From: a virus | Lineage: Duplodnaviria > Heunggongvirae > Uroviricota > Caudoviricetes | Strand: one strand, 5' to 3' | DNA length: 64,000 nt | IMG/VR virus record: IMGVR_UViG_3300047393_000041 | Location: 1 to 64,000 of that record | Part shown: positions 27,412 through 37,348 of the stretch, one piece after another | Numbering within the stretch: the first letter of the stretch is position 1 | Layout: each line of letters starts with the position of its first letter | The notes under the pieces: generated by a model | The model's database searches: none | What the model saw: only the letters and a program-made list of their open reading frames with translations | Told to the model about the DNA's origin: nothing | Position numbers and translations under genes: made by a program

Positions 27412-28248
27412 ATGCAAAAAACATTAAACCAACTGCAGTTACATGCAGTTAACCTCAGTGAGATAATTTTAAATAATACTCACGATCCAGATTTTTGTGA
27501 TCATTTGTTAAACAATTGGATTAGAAGTCATCTTATGTATGGATCAAATAAAGAATTTATAGCCACAGCCTTAGCTCATGTATTTGAAGAAGACTATGCT
27601 TTAACATTGAGAAATGTTAATATTATTAATGATTCTTTACCACAAGTTAAACTTGAACCTGTAATGACTATTACACATAATTATACACCAGATGAAATTA
27701 GAATAATTGCAAATGATCTTATACAAAAAGTTCCTGTTAAGAAAATTGCTAGAACTAGAAGTGCAGAGTTTAATAGAAATGGATCTGGATTAATTATTAA
27801 AGTTAGACAAATTAAAAGAGCATTATCAAAAGGATTTTCAATCCAAGAAATAATAGATAAAAAAACAACCGAAAAATATAGAAAAGAACCAGAAGCTATG
27901 AGCCAATTAAAATTTTATACAAAAGAAGAATATGCAATTATCAAAACTGCTATTGAATCAGGAGAACCTATTGCTAGTATAGTAAGAAGATTATCAGTTG
28001 AATTTAATAGAGGAAAACTTGGTCTTTATCAAAAAATACATACAATAAAAAAGAATACTCCTGTATTGCATACGTGGGAAGGTTCTAAAAGATTACCATC
28101 TGTTAAAAAAGAGAAATTAAACTTTGAACCAGATGTTATTATTCAAGAACCTGCAGAGATAGGTATAGAAGTACCACATGGTATGACGTTTGAGGGTAAG
28201 CCTAAGAAAATTATGTTACACTCTGATCATTTCAGAATATACTTTTAA
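27412..28248 (+). CDS. hypothetical protein with internal sequence repeats
   Basis: 278 aa. Two copies of an ~35-aa unit (…RTRSAEFNRNGSGLIIKVRQIKRALSKGFSIQEIIDK… and …VRRLSVEFNRGKLGLYQKIHTIKKN…). Confidence 0.45.
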   Translation: MQKTLNQLQLHAVNLSEIILNNTHDPDFCDHLLNNWIRSHLMYGSNKEFIATALAHVFEEDYALTLRNVNIINDSLPQVKLEPVMTITHNYTPDEIRIIANDLIQKVPVKKIARTRSAEFNRNGSGLIIKVRQIKRALSKGFSIQEIIDKKTTEKYRKEPEAMSQLKFYTKEEYAIIKTAIESGEPIASIVRRLSVEFNRGKLGLYQKIHTIKKNTPVLHTWEGSKRLPSVKKEKLNFEPDVIIQEPAEIGIEVPHGMTFEGKPKKIMLHSDHFRIYF

Positions 28249-28249
28249 T

Positions 28250-28498
28250 ATGGAGTTAATAGCATCAAATAAACACACTAAGGAAAGAAAGATAGCTGAA
28301 ATAATTGTAAGCAAGTTAAAATCTACAGCTGCAGCATTTGAATCTAAAGATCCTACACATAGAAATGGTATTAGATATACTATATCAAAGAAAGTGTATG
28401 ATAATACGATTAACATGGAGTTTGATAATAGAAATATATCACATGTAGATAGAATGGTGATAACACAATTCATCAATCGAAGACTTAGAGCAATATAA
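28250..28498 (+). CDS. hypothetical protein
   Basis: Start moved to ATG 28250 (MELIASNKH...). Followed by terminator. Confidence 0.35.
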   Translation: MELIASNKHTKERKIAEIIVSKLKSTAAAFESKDPTHRNGIRYTISKKVYDNTINMEFDNRNISHVDRMVITQFINRRLRAI

Positions 28499-28507
28499 TA
28501 AAAATTG

Positions 28508-28539
28508 TTAGGGATGTGTAGTGCATCCCTAATCTTTTT
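28508..28539 (+). terminator. rho-independent terminator
   Basis: TTAGGGATG-tgtagtg-CATCCCTAA followed by TCTTTTT. Confidence 0.55.
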
Positions 28540-28570
28540 AGTTATCTTTGTAACCCTTTAATTTAAAACT

Positions 28571-28858
28571 ATGAAAAAAGTAATTATTTATGACACAACA
28601 AAAGCATATACAAAAAAACAGTATTATGTAAAAGGTTTTAGTGTCTATAGAAACGATACTCCAATAAGTTCTTTTAGTAGCAATTCAAATGCAGTTAATC
28701 ATGCTAAAGAGTTGAATGAAAAGTTTGGAGATATAGAAGCTTATGATTTATTAAATAAAATTAGAGATGAGATAACTTTATATGAAGATGTAGAGTTTAC
28801 ACCAGAAGTTATTATTATATCAATTAAAGCAATGTTAGATAGTAGAGAAAGGTTATAA
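28571..28858 (+). CDS. hypothetical protein
   Basis: 95-aa ORF immediately upstream of DNA polymerase. Confidence 0.4.
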   Translation: MKKVIIYDTTKAYTKKQYYVKGFSVYRNDTPISSFSSNSNAVNHAKELNEKFGDIEAYDLLNKIRDEITLYEDVEFTPEVIIISIKAMLDSRERL

Positions 28859-28882
28859 AACTAACTATTATAATTTAAAACT

Positions 28883-30841
28883 ATGGAAGAAGTAATTATT
28901 TATGACATTGAAACCATGCAAGAATTGTTTGCTGTGGTAGTAATGATACCAGGTAAAGTTGGTAAAAGCTTTCAAGTGTCAAAATGGAAAAATCAATTAG
29001 ATGCTTTCGTTAGATACACAGAAGCTCACAGTGACGTTTATTGGGTAGGTTATAATAATCTACGCTTTGATAGTCAGGTAGTTGAGTGGATTCTTAGGAA
29101 TCATGAGAATTGGCATGAGTTAAGCAACTTGGAGATATGTGCTAAGATAGCACAGAAGGCTGCAGATGTTATACATGATGCTAATTATGATGTGTTTCCA
29201 GAATACAGAGAGCATGAGTTATCATTAAAACAATTAGATTTGTTTAAGATACATCATTACGATAATAAGAATCGTATGGTGAGTCTGAAGAGACTAGAGT
29301 TTGAGATGGATCTTGAGAATATTGAAGAGATGCCAATACATCATACTAAAACCAATATGACAAAACAAGAAGTTGAAATGACTATTGACTATTGTCATAA
29401 TGATGTTGATGCAACTTATGAATTCTACAAGATAACACTTGGTGACACAGAACATCCATTATACAGAGGAGACAACCGAATAGAACTGAGAAGAGATATC
29501 GAAGAAGAGTTTGGTATTCCATGTTTGAATTATTCAGACAGTAAAATTGGAGATGAGATGATTAAGAAGTTCTATTGCCAAGAAAAAGGTATTGAATATA
29601 GAGAACTTCCTAAGAAAGGATATTTCAGAAAGAGTATTGATGTAAAGAACTGTGTTGCAAAGTATGTGAAATTTGAAACTCCTCAACTTAAAGACTTCCT
29701 AAAGAAGATCAATAAGATGCAGTTGGGTCTTCAAGATGATTTCAAAGAAGATGTGCATTTCTATGGAAATGTGTATTCTTTTATGAAAGGTGGCCTTCAT
29801 ACAGAGAACAAACCTAAAGTGTTTGAAGCTGATGAAGAGTACGAGATAATCGATTGGGATGTTAGTTCTTATTATCCAGCTATTATTATCAACAATGGTA
29901 AGTTTCCTGCCCATTTAGGCAAGGAATTCCTTAGAGGGTATAAACAGATGTTTGATAAGAGATTGGAGCTTAAACCCTTCGCTAAGAAGGATAAGAAAAT
30001 TAAAGGAATTGTTGGAGCACTTAAGCTTGCAGTTAACTCTGTGTATGGTAAGTCATCTGATATGCAAAACTGGATATATGATAGGCAGTTAACTATGTTC
30101 ACCACAATTACAGGTGAGCTTAGTCTAATGATGCTTATTGAGAAATATGAAACCAGTGGCATACATGTGATCTCTGCAAATACAGATGGTGTAACTATCA
30201 AGATTAAGAAAGACTTAATTCCTTTGATGCATGACATCAATGCATGGTGGTGTGACATCACTCAATATGAGTTAGAGAGAACAGACTATTCCAAGATTAT
30301 CTTTAGTACAGTAAATGATTATTTAGCAATTATGACCAATGGAGAAATTAAAAAGAAAGGTGATTTTCTTACTGACTTCGAACTTCACAAAAACAAGTCT
30401 GCTAGAGTGGTTCCCATTGCTCTTGAGCGTTATTTTGTTCATGGGACTCCTGTGGCTGATACGATTATACATCATACTAATCTATATGATTTTTGCTTAA
30501 GGCAGAAAGCTAGTAGAAGTTTCCATTATGAAGGGACCAATAGATCAACAGGTGATGTTACTGTGTATGATAAGTTGATACGTTATTATGTATCAAATGA
30601 TGGTGATAAGATCTTTAAGATTAAGAATCCAGAGTGTCAGACTAGAGCTGCAGCAATCAGTCAAGTAGAAGCTGGTGAATGGGTATGTAAAGTTTGTAAC
30701 TTCTTACCCAAGAATAGTAAAGTTGATAATGTCAACTATGATTATTATATTGAGAAAGCCAACAGATTAGTCTTAAAGATTAACACTGAAGGTAGAAGAA
30801 TCAAAACAGTATTTATTCCTAACCAATTAAATCTTTTCTAA
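28883..30841 (+). CDS. DNA polymerase, family B (compact, with 3'-5' exonuclease domain)
   Basis: Exo I YDIET, Exo II YNNLRFD, Exo III YCHNDVDATYEFY. Pol motif A DWDVSSYYPAII (DxxSLYPS), motif B KLAVNSVYGKS (KxxxNSxYG), motif C-like SANTDGV. Confidence 0.8.
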   Translation: MEEVIIYDIETMQELFAVVVMIPGKVGKSFQVSKWKNQLDAFVRYTEAHSDVYWVGYNNLRFDSQVVEWILRNHENWHELSNLEICAKIAQKAADVIHDANYDVFPEYREHELSLKQLDLFKIHHYDNKNRMVSLKRLEFEMDLENIEEMPIHHTKTNMTKQEVEMTIDYCHNDVDATYEFYKITLGDTEHPLYRGDNRIELRRDIEEEFGIPCLNYSDSKIGDEMIKKFYCQEKGIEYRELPKKGYFRKSIDVKNCVAKYVKFETPQLKDFLKKINKMQLGLQDDFKEDVHFYGNVYSFMKGGLHTENKPKVFEADEEYEIIDWDVSSYYPAIIINNGKFPAHLGKEFLRGYKQMFDKRLELKPFAKKDKKIKGIVGALKLAVNSVYGKSSDMQNWIYDRQLTMFTTITGELSLMMLIEKYETSGIHVISANTDGVTIKIKKDLIPLMHDINAWWCDITQYELERTDYSKIIFSTVNDYLAIMTNGEIKKKGDFLTDFELHKNKSARVVPIALERYFVHGTPVADTIIHHTNLYDFCLRQKASRSFHYEGTNRSTGDVTVYDKLIRYYVSNDGDKIFKIKNPECQTRAAAISQVEAGEWVCKVCNFLPKNSKVDNVNYDYYIEKANRLVLKINTEGRRIKTVFIPNQLNLF

Positions 30842-31092
30842 TGAAAATTAACAGAACAAACATTACAGAGCATCTCATTGAATATCAATTAGGTATAATT
30901 GGTAAAACAATAAAAGAAGTAGAGGAAGATGATCAATGGTTTTATAATAACACTATGACACCAGATCAGCATATTAAATTAAAAGCTTATGCTATCCCTC
31001 TATTAAAGAAAATATTTAAATTTAACAAAGCTAAAGCAGAATCAACATTTGGTTGGTTTGATTGCCAATTCGGATTAAGAATCAAATTTTAA
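30841..31092 (+). CDS. hypothetical protein
   Basis: 83-aa ORF, ATGA overlap with polymerase stop. Confidence 0.4.
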   Translation: MKINRTNITEHLIEYQLGIIGKTIKEVEEDDQWFYNNTMTPDQHIKLKAYAIPLLKKIFKFNKAKAESTFGWFDCQFGLRIKF

Positions 31093-31110
31093 CATTAAAA
31101 ATTAAAAATT

Positions 31111-31338
31111 ATGACATTATTTATTATTATTGGAGTGATTGCTATTATTTTAGTTATAGCAATGAATATACAAGTAGAAGATCCACACAAAGAAGAATCT
31201 AAAGAAAGTGATTTTAATATTGATCCTAAGATAGAAGACTTTGGTATGGATCCTGCTGATGTAGAACCTACACCTATTGCACCAAAGCCAAAGAAGAAAT
31301 ACAAAAGAAAACCAAAGACCAACAAACCAATTCAATAA
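31111..31338 (+). CDS. hypothetical membrane protein with basic C-terminal tail
   Basis: 75 aa. N-terminal TM helix, C-terminal PKPKKKYKRKPKTNK. Confidence 0.4.
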   Translation: MTLFIIIGVIAIILVIAMNIQVEDPHKEESKESDFNIDPKIEDFGMDPADVEPTPIAPKPKKKYKRKPKTNKPIQ

Positions 31339-31550
31339 TGAGCTGGGCAATGGAAGATTGGGAATATCCCAATGATCACATATATGCAATTGAAAGATAC
31401 CAAGATGTTGTGAATTCATGGCATCAATGGGAGGAAGAGCATGCAGCTAAGAATAGACTGCCTGCAGTAATTAAAGTTTTAACACCAATAACAGATGAAG
31501 TTAAGCGTAACACCTCAACAGTTCGAAGAGCTCATCAAGAAAGGTTATAA
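31338..31550 (+). CDS. hypothetical protein
   Basis: 70-aa ORF. Confidence 0.35.
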   Translation: MSWAMEDWEYPNDHIYAIERYQDVVNSWHQWEEEHAAKNRLPAVIKVLTPITDEVKRNTSTVRRAHQERL

Positions 31551-32124
31551 TTTAGACACTATTTATTTATTAAAGTTGATAGACGAGCAATTTGACATTA
31601 CACCTTTGCGGGAGGGAAGTATGAAGATTGCCTCTGTCTATCATTCTTTAATAAGAAAAGGTCTTATAACTCAACATGATGATAAGCTTACAACAATAGG
31701 TAGAGATTTATTAGTTTTTATGAACACTAAAACTGATGCAAAAATCATAAGAAGGAAACCTGCAACAACAGATTTTGAAGAATGGTGGAAGACTTATCCA
31801 GGAACTGATTCTTTTGAGTACAAAGGAAAAACATTCAAAGGAACAAGAGCTCTCAGATTACATAAAGATGACTGCAGATTGAAGTTTGATAAAATACTAA
31901 TAGAAGGAGAATATACAGCAGCACAACTTATAGCTGCTCTTAATTTTGAAGTGATTCAGAAGAAAGAAGCTTCTCTTAGCACTGGTACAAATCGATTGAC
32001 GTTCATGCAAGGATCTTCTGTATATCTAAATCAACGAGCATTTGAAGCATTCATTGAATTAATCAATGATGGAGCTAAAGTAGACATTGCTCCACAAAAA
32101 CCAACAGGAGGTACTGATATCTAA
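31495..32124 (+). CDS. hypothetical protein
   Basis: 209-aa ORF upstream of helicase. No motif recognised. Confidence 0.4.
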   Translation: MKLSVTPQQFEELIKKGYNLDTIYLLKLIDEQFDITPLREGSMKIASVYHSLIRKGLITQHDDKLTTIGRDLLVFMNTKTDAKIIRRKPATTDFEEWWKTYPGTDSFEYKGKTFKGTRALRLHKDDCRLKFDKILIEGEYTAAQLIAALNFEVIQKKEASLSTGTNRLTFMQGSSVYLNQRAFEAFIELINDGAKVDIAPQKPTGGTDI

Positions 32125-32342
32125 TGACACCAAAAGAAAAAGCACAAGAAATAATTGAAAAATATATATATATTCAATCTGAACTTGAAGAGACAACTCA
32201 ATTTTATTTGAGTTATGCAGTAAAGTGTGCATTAATAGCAGTTAATGAGATATTAGATTTAGGATATGTTCCTAATGAAAAATCTACATTTAATGTATAT
32301 AAATTTTATTCAGAAGTTAAACTAGAAATAGAGCTATTATGA
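32124..32342 (+). CDS. hypothetical protein
   Basis: 72-aa ORF. Confidence 0.35.
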   Translation: MTPKEKAQEIIEKYIYIQSELEETTQFYLSYAVKCALIAVNEILDLGYVPNEKSTFNVYKFYSEVKLEIELL

Positions 32343-33406
32343 GTTTTGAACTATTAAATGCTGAAGTTGAGAAAGGAATGCATGATCTTAATAGAGGGAT
32401 TCCTATGGGATTTGATAGACTTACTAGATATGTAGGTATTCGTAAGGGTATGTACTATTTGATTGGTGGTAACACTGGATCTGGTAAGACATCATTTATT
32501 GATGATGCATTTGTTCTCAATCCTGTTGATTGGGCCATGTCTAAAGAAGGACTTGCATCAGGCATTAAGGTGAAGATATGGTATAGGTCCATGGAGAGAA
32601 GTAGAACTTACAAGTATGCCAAATGGGTATCTCGTAAGATATTTCTAGACCAGGGTATAATCATTCCAGTAGGTAAGTTACTTGGCTGGAGAGAGAAAAT
32701 GACTAAAGATGAACATGATCTGTTTTTATATTATAAAGATTATGTAGATCATCTTAGTGAAATAGTAACTATTATAGATGGTCCAGAGAATCCTGTAGGT
32801 ATAGCTAAAGAGTTAAAGACTTATGCTTTGAAGAATGGTGTGATAGAACAAATGGATGAATGGAATAAAATGTATGTTCCTGAAGATCCAAGTCAAATCA
32901 CCATGGTTGTACTTGATCACATTGGTCTACTTAAGACTACTAAAGATCAACCAACAAAGAAAGCAGCTATCGACAAAATGTCTGATGAACTCAGATATGC
33001 TAGAGATTTCTATGGATATTCTCCAGTGGTAGTAAGTCAGTTTAACAGAAGTATTTCTAATCCATCTAGGATTAAGAATGGTGATGTTGAACCTCAGCTT
33101 GAAGATTTTGCAGACAGTTCAGCTACACAAAATGATGCTGATGTTGTTATGGCATTATTTGATCCTATGAGATATAAAGTGGCAGATCCTTCTGGATATG
33201 ATCTTGATAAGCTAACAGATCAATATGGAGCTAAATACTTCAGAAGCTTGAGACTACTCAAGAATAGTTACGGAGAAGATGATGTCAGAATAGGTCTTGG
33301 ATTCCTTGGTGAAATTGGTATGTTTAAAGAATTACCAAGAAAGAAAGAAATTACAGATTCTGATTATGAATCAATTACAAACAAATCATATTTTTTAAGA
33401 GAATAA
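32339..33406 (+). CDS. DnaB-like replicative helicase (SF4, RecA-fold C-terminal domain)
   Basis: Walker A LIGGNTGSGKTSF, Walker B MVVLDHIGLL, H3 motif VVVSQFNRS (cf. DnaB SQLNR), H4 ADVVMALFDP. Confidence 0.6.
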   Translation: MSFELLNAEVEKGMHDLNRGIPMGFDRLTRYVGIRKGMYYLIGGNTGSGKTSFIDDAFVLNPVDWAMSKEGLASGIKVKIWYRSMERSRTYKYAKWVSRKIFLDQGIIIPVGKLLGWREKMTKDEHDLFLYYKDYVDHLSEIVTIIDGPENPVGIAKELKTYALKNGVIEQMDEWNKMYVPEDPSQITMVVLDHIGLLKTTKDQPTKKAAIDKMSDELRYARDFYGYSPVVVSQFNRSISNPSRIKNGDVEPQLEDFADSSATQNDADVVMALFDPMRYKVADPSGYDLDKLTDQYGAKYFRSLRLLKNSYGEDDVRIGLGFLGEIGMFKELPRKKEITDSDYESITNKSYFLRE

Positions 33407-33421
33407 TTAAAAACACAAATT

Positions 33422-34891
33422 ATGAATCCACTATTTTTAACAGATGGCTATAAAACAGCTCATCACATAATGTATCCAAAAGGAACTACATTAGTTTATT
33501 CAAACTTTACACCAAGAAGCAATAAATATGCTCCTAAAGGATGTGATAACTTAGTATCATTTGGACAACAGATGATGATGCAACAGATTCATGAAGCATT
33601 TCAAAAAGATTTCTTTAGTTTACCTAAAGATGAAGTTTGTCAAGAAATGAAAGAAGAATTAGAATTATATTTAGGAATGACTTATGATGTTAGTCATTTT
33701 GAAGCCTTACATGATATTGGATATCTGCCTATTTGTGTAAAGATAATTGAAGAAGGAACATTAGTTCCTATGAAGGTTCCTGTTCTTACAATATACAATA
33801 CACATCCAGACTTTTATTGGTTAACAAACTATTTAGAAACAATCATTTCAAATCTATTGTGGAAACCTATGACAAGTGCAACTATTGCACATACTTATAG
33901 AAAGGTGTTAACTAAATGGCAACAAAAAACTGATGCTGAAAAAGGTTGGTTTATTGATTGGCAAGGTCATGATTTCTCTATGAGAGGTATGGATAGTGTT
34001 GATGCTGTTATTAGTTCTGGTCTTGGACATCTTACATCTTTCATGGGAACAGATAGTCTTCCAACAATATATGGAGCACGTAAATACTATGCTGCAGAAG
34101 GACAAGTTGGAGGATCTGTACCAGCTACTGAACATTCAGTTATGTGTGCAGGAGGTAAAGAAGATGAAACAGAAACCTTTAGAAGACTTTTATCATTATA
34201 TCCAACAGGAATCTTATCAGTTGTTAGTGATACTTGGGACTTATGGAAAGTGTGTACAGAACATGTTGTAACACTCAAAGAAGAAATCTTAGCAAGAGAT
34301 GGTAAGTTGGTAATTAGACCTGATAGTGGAGATCCTGTTGATATTATTTGTGGTACAATGTTACCAAGTGATCCTGATTTTTTAGCTAGAAAAAATAGTC
34401 CTGAAGAAATAGGAGTAATTGAATTACTTTGGAATGTATTTGGTGGAACTATCAATGAACAAGGATACAAAGTATTAGATAGTCACATTGGGGCTATTTA
34501 TGGTGATTCAATTACTATTGATAGAGCTGATGAAATCTGTAGCAAGTTAGAAGCTAAAGGATTTGCAAGTACAAATATTGTTCTTGGTATTGGTTCTTTT
34601 ACTTATCAATACAACACTAGAGATACATTTGGTTTTGCAATGAAAGCTACTTATGTTGATGTAAATGGTGTAGGACAAGAAATCTTTAAAGATCCTATTA
34701 CTGATGATGGAATTAAAAAATCAGCTAAAGGATTATTGAGAGTGAATGCTGATCTTACATTATCAGATCAAGTGTCTTGGAAAGAACAAGAAGAAGAAGG
34801 AATACTGCAAGTTTTGTACAGAGATGGTGTATTTGAAAATTACACAAATTTTAAAACAATTAAAGAAAAATTAAATGAGTTACGAAATTAA
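33422..34891 (+). CDS. nadV: nicotinamide phosphoribosyltransferase family protein (Nampt/NadV-like; could equally be a Namat-type enzyme)
   Basis: N-terminus NPLFLTDGYKTAHHIMYPKGTT...YSNFTPR matches Nampt NILLATDSYKVTHY...YFECR. FMGTDSLPTIYGARKYY matches the Nampt GTDT region. Confidence 0.75.
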   Translation: MNPLFLTDGYKTAHHIMYPKGTTLVYSNFTPRSNKYAPKGCDNLVSFGQQMMMQQIHEAFQKDFFSLPKDEVCQEMKEELELYLGMTYDVSHFEALHDIGYLPICVKIIEEGTLVPMKVPVLTIYNTHPDFYWLTNYLETIISNLLWKPMTSATIAHTYRKVLTKWQQKTDAEKGWFIDWQGHDFSMRGMDSVDAVISSGLGHLTSFMGTDSLPTIYGARKYYAAEGQVGGSVPATEHSVMCAGGKEDETETFRRLLSLYPTGILSVVSDTWDLWKVCTEHVVTLKEEILARDGKLVIRPDSGDPVDIICGTMLPSDPDFLARKNSPEEIGVIELLWNVFGGTINEQGYKVLDSHIGAIYGDSITIDRADEICSKLEAKGFASTNIVLGIGSFTYQYNTRDTFGFAMKATYVDVNGVGQEIFKDPITDDGIKKSAKGLLRVNADLTLSDQVSWKEQEEEGILQVLYRDGVFENYTNFKTIKEKLNELRN

Positions 34892-35687
34892 TAAGTACCC
34901 TGATGGTACACAATATGTAAAAGTGCTTAAGTTTGAAAATGAGTTAGTAGTTGATATTAATTCATATCAAGATCTTTGGACATTAAATCAGATAAAAGAT
35001 ATATATGATCACAATCATAAAAAAGTTGGTCTGTTTATTCCTTGTTTGTTAGATGCTCAAGCAGATAAACGTTTTAACCCTGATGAAAGTTCAGGGTTGA
35101 AACTTGTATGTGAGTTTATAAACTCAATGAAGTTTACTTATGTAAAAGTGTGTCATCCTCATAATCCTGAAGTAGTAGAAGCATTGTTAGACAATTCAAT
35201 AATAATTGATAATAGTAATTTTATTGTAAAAGTTTTAGAAGATTTAAATTTAACTAATGGTGAACTCACTTTAATGTCTACTGATGCTGGAGGATTCAAA
35301 CCATTAATGAAACTTGCTGATAAATTACAATGGTCAGGAGAAGTTTATGGAGCATCTAAATCAAGAAAATATGAAGATGGTAAATCTAAATTAATTCAAG
35401 AAATAGATAGACAAGATTTTGGAGGTAAAGACATTCTTATCATAGATGATATTTGTGTGTATGGTGGAACATTTGTTGGTTTAGCTAATATGCTAAGAGA
35501 ACGTAATTGTGGAAAACTATATTTAGCAGTAAGTCATATGACTGTAGAAAGTCCAAATAAAGATTTATTCAAATTATTTGATAAAGTTTTCACCACATCT
35601 AGTAAGAACATTAGTTATCTAATAAAAAATGATGTACATGATACAATATTTGGAATTGTTCCAACTAATCTAATTATCATTAAATAA
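34875..35687 (+). CDS. ribose-phosphate pyrophosphokinase (Prs)-like phosphoribosyltransferase-fold protein
   Basis: LFIPCLLDAQADKRF...SGLKLVCEFI (cf. Prs IPYFGYARQDRK...SAKLVANLL). VCHPHNPEVV (cf. VDLHAEQIQ). PRPP-binding loop ILIIDDICVYGGTF (cf. VLVDDMIDTGGTL). 270 aa, shorter than canonical Prs. Confidence 0.65.
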   Translation: MSYEINKYPDGTQYVKVLKFENELVVDINSYQDLWTLNQIKDIYDHNHKKVGLFIPCLLDAQADKRFNPDESSGLKLVCEFINSMKFTYVKVCHPHNPEVVEALLDNSIIIDNSNFIVKVLEDLNLTNGELTLMSTDAGGFKPLMKLADKLQWSGEVYGASKSRKYEDGKSKLIQEIDRQDFGGKDILIIDDICVYGGTFVGLANMLRERNCGKLYLAVSHMTVESPNKDLFKLFDKVFTTSSKNISYLIKNDVHDTIFGIVPTNLIIIK

Positions 35688-35694
35688 AATAATT

Positions 35695-36201
35695 ATGACA
35701 ATACAAAGAAGAATAAAGAGATTCTTTAATAGGTTTGATTATATGAGAACATACAATTCTCCATTCAAACCATTAAGAATAAAATGGTATTTTGGCAAGG
35801 TGGCTATTGGTACACCATATTTCCTTCCAAGAAGATGGGTTGATAGTAAAATAAACCCAGGATACCTAACACCAGTTCCTAAGCAAATAGGATTTGATTT
35901 TGTATCATTAGGTTGGAAGACTAAATGGGATAGTTATAGACATGAATGGAATCCATTAGTGAGCTTTGTGTTCTTTAAATGGCAAGCAGCTGTAATGTTT
36001 GTTCCAGATCATGATTCACACTATTGGGAATGTTGGTTATACTACACTAGAGAAACAAATAAAAAGAATTCTGTAGAAGATAGAATAGCTCAATGTAGAA
36101 AGTTTGCTCCTTGTGAATGGACAAGACATACTGATGGAGTAACATCAGTGATAAATTATTATGATGTAATTTTAAAAGATAAGTATGTCAATAAGAGATG
36201 A
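35695..36201 (+). CDS. hypothetical protein
   Basis: 168-aa ORF, W/Y-rich. Confidence 0.4.
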   Translation: MTIQRRIKRFFNRFDYMRTYNSPFKPLRIKWYFGKVAIGTPYFLPRRWVDSKINPGYLTPVPKQIGFDFVSLGWKTKWDSYRHEWNPLVSFVFFKWQAAVMFVPDHDSHYWECWLYYTRETNKKNSVEDRIAQCRKFAPCEWTRHTDGVTSVINYYDVILKDKYVNKR

Positions 36202-37288
36202 GAGGCAATTAGAATTTGCTAAAGTGTGGTTAAAAGAGAAGCATGGTATATTGAATTTGTGTCCAAGGTTTGGAAAGATTAGAACTAGTATTAATATACT
36301 AAAAGAATTACCTAAATCACTTAGTTACACTCATGTAACAGTTTCTCCTTCAGTGTTAATTGCTTACCCAGATAATAAGATTAAAGAATCTTGGCAAGCT
36401 GATTTTAATGATCTTGGGTATGATGATAGTAATGTCACATACAGCACACATCTATCATTAAAAAAGTTAGTAGACAATGAGTATGATATTATTATTATAG
36501 ATGAGATACATCTTTTGTCTGAAGCTCAGATAGAAGTGTGTAAGGATCTACTTAGTAACAATGCTTGTATACTAGGTCTCACTGGTACATTATCCAGAGA
36601 AACAGAAATAACTCTTGAGGAAGAACTTGATTTACATGTTATAGCTCACTATCCAATTGAAAAAGCAATTGAAGAAGGAGTTATTGTAGATTATGAGATA
36701 CATGTAATAAGAGTACCACTAGATAATACTGTATATAATGATTACAAAGGAAAGCTCAAGACTGAGAAGAAACACTATGATGGTATATCATGGGTAATCA
36801 ATAAAATGCAATATAGTGGTGGAGATACAATGTTTATGCGTCTAGCAAGAATGCGAGTTATTCAATCATCTTTGGCCAAAACTAATGCTACAAAAAAGCT
36901 GTTAGCTGCACATAAAGATGAGAGAATCTTAGTATTCTGTGGAACCACTGCTGTAGCAGATAATCTAGGTATTCCTTCCTATCATAATAAGTCTAAAGAA
37001 AAAGAAATCTTTGAAGACTTTGCTGAAGGTAAAGGTAATCATCTAGCTGTTGTAAAGATTGGTAATACAGGAGTGACGTATAAACCTCTTGATCGAGTAA
37101 TAATAAACTATTTCGATAGTAATGCAGAGAACTTAGCTCAGAAAATTAACAGATGTATGGCTATGGAATATAACACTCCAGATAAGAAAGCACATGTATA
37201 TATAGTGAGTAGTAATGAACCTGTAGAGCTGAAATGGTTATCAAAGGCATTAGAATTCTTTGATAAAAGCAAGATAAAATATGTATAA
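36185..37288 (+). CDS. SF2 helicase (DEIH-box)
   Basis: Motif I-like CPRFGKIRT, motif II IIIIDEIHLL, motif III LGLTGTLSRE, C-terminal RecA-like domain with VFCGTTAVAD. Confidence 0.5.
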   Translation: MSIRDERQLEFAKVWLKEKHGILNLCPRFGKIRTSINILKELPKSLSYTHVTVSPSVLIAYPDNKIKESWQADFNDLGYDDSNVTYSTHLSLKKLVDNEYDIIIIDEIHLLSEAQIEVCKDLLSNNACILGLTGTLSRETEITLEEELDLHVIAHYPIEKAIEEGVIVDYEIHVIRVPLDNTVYNDYKGKLKTEKKHYDGISWVINKMQYSGGDTMFMRLARMRVIQSSLAKTNATKKLLAAHKDERILVFCGTTAVADNLGIPSYHNKSKEKEIFEDFAEGKGNHLAVVKIGNTGVTYKPLDRVIINYFDSNAENLAQKINRCMAMEYNTPDKKAHVYIVSSNEPVELKWLSKALEFFDKSKIKYV

Positions 37289-37348
37289 TTAAAATAATTA
37301 TTCGTATCTTTATATAGTGAAAATAACTAATTAAATAAATTAAAAACT

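Noticed and set aside
29699-30261. Minus-strand ORFs inside the DNA polymerase gene
   Set aside because: Antisense to a motif-rich PolB ORF. Spurious.
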